A DNA stretch of 63,048 bases, the filler included, from Dugesia japonica (taxonomy: Eukaryota): assembly GCA_001938525.1 (NCBI GenBank). It is 6 parts of 6 records of this genome, joined end to end, with 100 filler letters (N's around TTAATTAATTAA, not from the genome) between each part and the next. Parts side by side here need not be neighbours in the genome. Positions count along the whole stretch, not along the records: positions 54,253 to 63,048 come from MQRL01606925.1; 5 more parts are not named here. The stretch is one strand, 5' to 3'. Shown one piece after another: positions 60,380 to 63,048 of this stretch. The notes under the pieces are model-generated. The model made no database searches. It was not told the DNA's origin and worked only from the letters and a program-made list of their open reading frames with translations. The position numbers and the translations under genes were made by a program. Position 1 is the stretch's first letter; every line of letters starts with the position of its first letter.

Positions 60380-62600
60380 ATGGAAACAACACATGGAATG
60401 TTTTTCAACCGAGGTATAATGAAAGCAATCAACAAGAAAAAATAGGAAGATCAAGCCGAAGGATTCGATGACGCTCACGTCCAAGTAATACTCAATACAA
60501 TACTATCAAGAAACAATAGAATTTTAAAAGACTAATTCAAGTTTTTGGGGAGGAATTACCCAAAAGAAAGAGCTCCATCAGTAGAGGAGTTAGTCGCAGA
60601 CATTCATTAAACGAGATAATCTTTNATTATTCTGAAAGGGCCAAGAAACGGTATGTGATCAGTAAAGTGTGAGAAAAGGTTTACAGATTCTTGAAAAGGG
60701 AAAGTTTCAATCAGGCAGAAGTTAACAAAGCAGAAGTGATAGGAACAATTGAGGAGAAAAAAACGTAGAAATTTCATATGATAAATGCGGGGGAGATCCT
60801 AGCATTTCGGCGATGATCGGTAAACAGTTTAATCGTATGTTAGTCGCAGGAGCAAGAATAAATGTAAATGAAAGATTTATTAGACTCGGAGAACAGATGT
60901 TAAAGAAATTCTAGGAAAAACTGCATTGCACGAATAAGATATCATTGGAAACCACTTGAAAGATACGTGTGGAAGTTGTAGTTTCAGAGGTGAGCAAGGA
61001 AGTAATAGTAGAGAAATTAATACCAGATCTAATTGGGGGAGTGGAATTTCAAAATCTTTTTGAGTATCATTTGAAAAAGAATTGCAGGGTAGACATCAAT
61101 AATCAATGAAAGAAATTTGCTTGCAACATTGAGGCAAAATTTGAAAGACAGATACAGACGAGCGAACGATTGTGATATGCGATGGAGATTCTAGAAATTA
61201 ACAAAGATCATAGATTGACTGAAATTATTCAGAATAACGAGGATGTATTCATGGCAGACAAATGGCTCATGCACATACTTAATGAAGCATCGAATAATTA
61301 CTAAAAGAGGTTGAATTAAGACAAAACTTTATCGTCAACCAATGAATGTAGAAGAGAAGATTGAAGAGAATCTGTATGATAACGGTATCATACGGAAGTG
61401 TAATTTTCAATGGACTACGCCATTAATCTGTGTATAGAAATAGGAAAAAAAGGATATAAGGTTATTGGACTCAAACTTTAGATAGCTCAATGCAATAACA
61501 GAAAGACAAACTTTTCCTATGCCAAATGTGGACGAAATGCTGGCCGCTTTGGAAGGTACACAGTATTTTAGTTCAATAGACTTCGGAAATGCATACTATC
61601 AAGTAAAACTCAGTGAAGATTCTCAAGAGAAGACGGCTTTTTTACCAAACAAGGGCAATATTGTTTCAATAGAATGCCTTTTGGAATTGCGTCAGCACCA
61701 GGTACGTTCCAGGAAATTATGAATAAAGTGATCAAGAAAATAAAAGGAACAATGGTTTATTTAGATGATATTCTCATATTTACAAAAACAAAGGAGCAAC
61801 ACTATAAGATAGTCAATAATAATAACAGAAATTAAGAATGCTGGTCTAAGTGTTAATCCGGAGAAATGTTAATTCATGTGAAAGGAGATTAAATTTTTGG
61901 ACTACGTTCTCAGTAAAAAAAAGTTTCAAAACAGATCAAACTAAAATAGAAGCAATTAAGAACTTTGGCAAACTAAATTGCGTGAAGAAGATGGGAAGCG
62001 TTTTGAGAATTTGCAATTACTATCGCAAATTCACAAAGATCATTCGAAGAAAGATAGATTGCTGGAACAACTGTGTAGTGGGCCGAGTTACAAGAAAATT
62101 GAATGGGTGAACGAATTAGAAAACGTTTTCAGTGGAATGAAAGAAGTACTAATGATGTCACTAATATTATGTTTTCCAGATATTATTTTGGACACGGATG
62201 CGAGTTTTGACACGGTTGGTGTAGTACTATCTCAAAGGTACAACAATGATCAAGAAAGAGTAATTGCACGTGAGCAAGAATATTGTACTACACGAATAGA
62301 ATTACTCGCAATTAACTACTTTTGTATTTATTTTAAACATTACTTATAAAGGAAGAGATTTATTCTTAGAACAGACCATAAAGTTATAACGTTTATGCTA
62401 AATACAAATATACCGATCAAATTATAGTTTTAAACTTGGATTAATTACTTGAGCCGTTTAGATATAAAGTTGGAGTATAGAAAATGAACGCTTCATACAA
62501 ATACGGATATGTTGTCTAGAAGTAAATATGCACAATGTTTAATGTCACATCAAGATCTCAAGAGTGAAAAATTAAAAACAAGGATTTTAAATACAGTAGG
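60380..62600 (+). mobile_element. Decayed Ty3/Gypsy copy of the same family as 50560-53850
   Basis: Long near-identical nucleotide tracts shared with that copy; FPMPNVDEML, YLDD, DTDAS, TDHK. Confidence 0.92.
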
Positions 62601-63048
62601 TATCCAAGAAAAGTGTTGGGGTGGAACACCCCCTAAAGTAGAAAAATAAATCAATGGAAGAAATAATAAAAAATGATGAACATGCAATAAAGAAAAGGAG
62701 AAGAAATTAGGCCATGATTGATCAACAATTAAAATTATTAATAATTCTAAAAGAAACAATCAGAAAAACAATAATAAAAATAGTTAATTAATACAGAAAA
62801 AATTAATTAATTTTAAACACAAAATCCTCGAAAATTGGATAACAATCTGTTTTTTACAGATATCTCTGGCCCTGGTCATCAGAAAAGACCCTAATAAGAA
62901 AAATCAGGAAGAAAACTAATCGGTGCAAGTCAGATCTTAAAAAGAAAAAACCTACCACCTTCCAGAAGGGTATTGCAAGGATCCTAAAATCCAACCAATA
63001 GGCGACCAGGAAATAAAAATAAAACAAAGAATAAAAACTCACCTGACG

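Overview
This is AT-rich eukaryotic DNA with very short GT-AG introns (36-47 bp), many (AAT)n microsatellites and a motile-cilium gene. A planarian-type flatworm would fit, but the organism cannot be fixed from sequence alone. Five identical 100-bp artificial linkers (44N-TTAATTAATTAA-44N) split the window into six joined pieces, so adjacency across them is unproven. The first ~11.2 kb is a decayed endogenous Polinton/Maverick (adintovirus-like) DNA virus on the minus strand. It encodes a zinc-finger protein-primed PolB, a pX-like core protein, a conserved 280-aa protein, a penton, an adenain-like protease, a fibre-like protein, an LYPxL/transmembrane protein and an acidic-repeat protein, and is followed by transcription-factor-motif tandem arrays. 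A second Polinton PolB fragment sits inside a ~2-kb fold-back next to a CGGBP1-type hAT transposon. Host genes are IQCA1/DRC11 (5' part), BAP1 (5' part) and ANAPC4 (apparently full span). The rest is decayed Ty3/Gypsy, hAT, mariner, pogo/Tigger and Penelope material. The most unusual signal is a family of tiny GC-rich c(GAA)g/GCGAAGC hairpin motifs lying in-frame inside the viral genes. One of them is an 18-bp insertion whose empty target site (GAAATC|CAAAT) is visible in the same gene.
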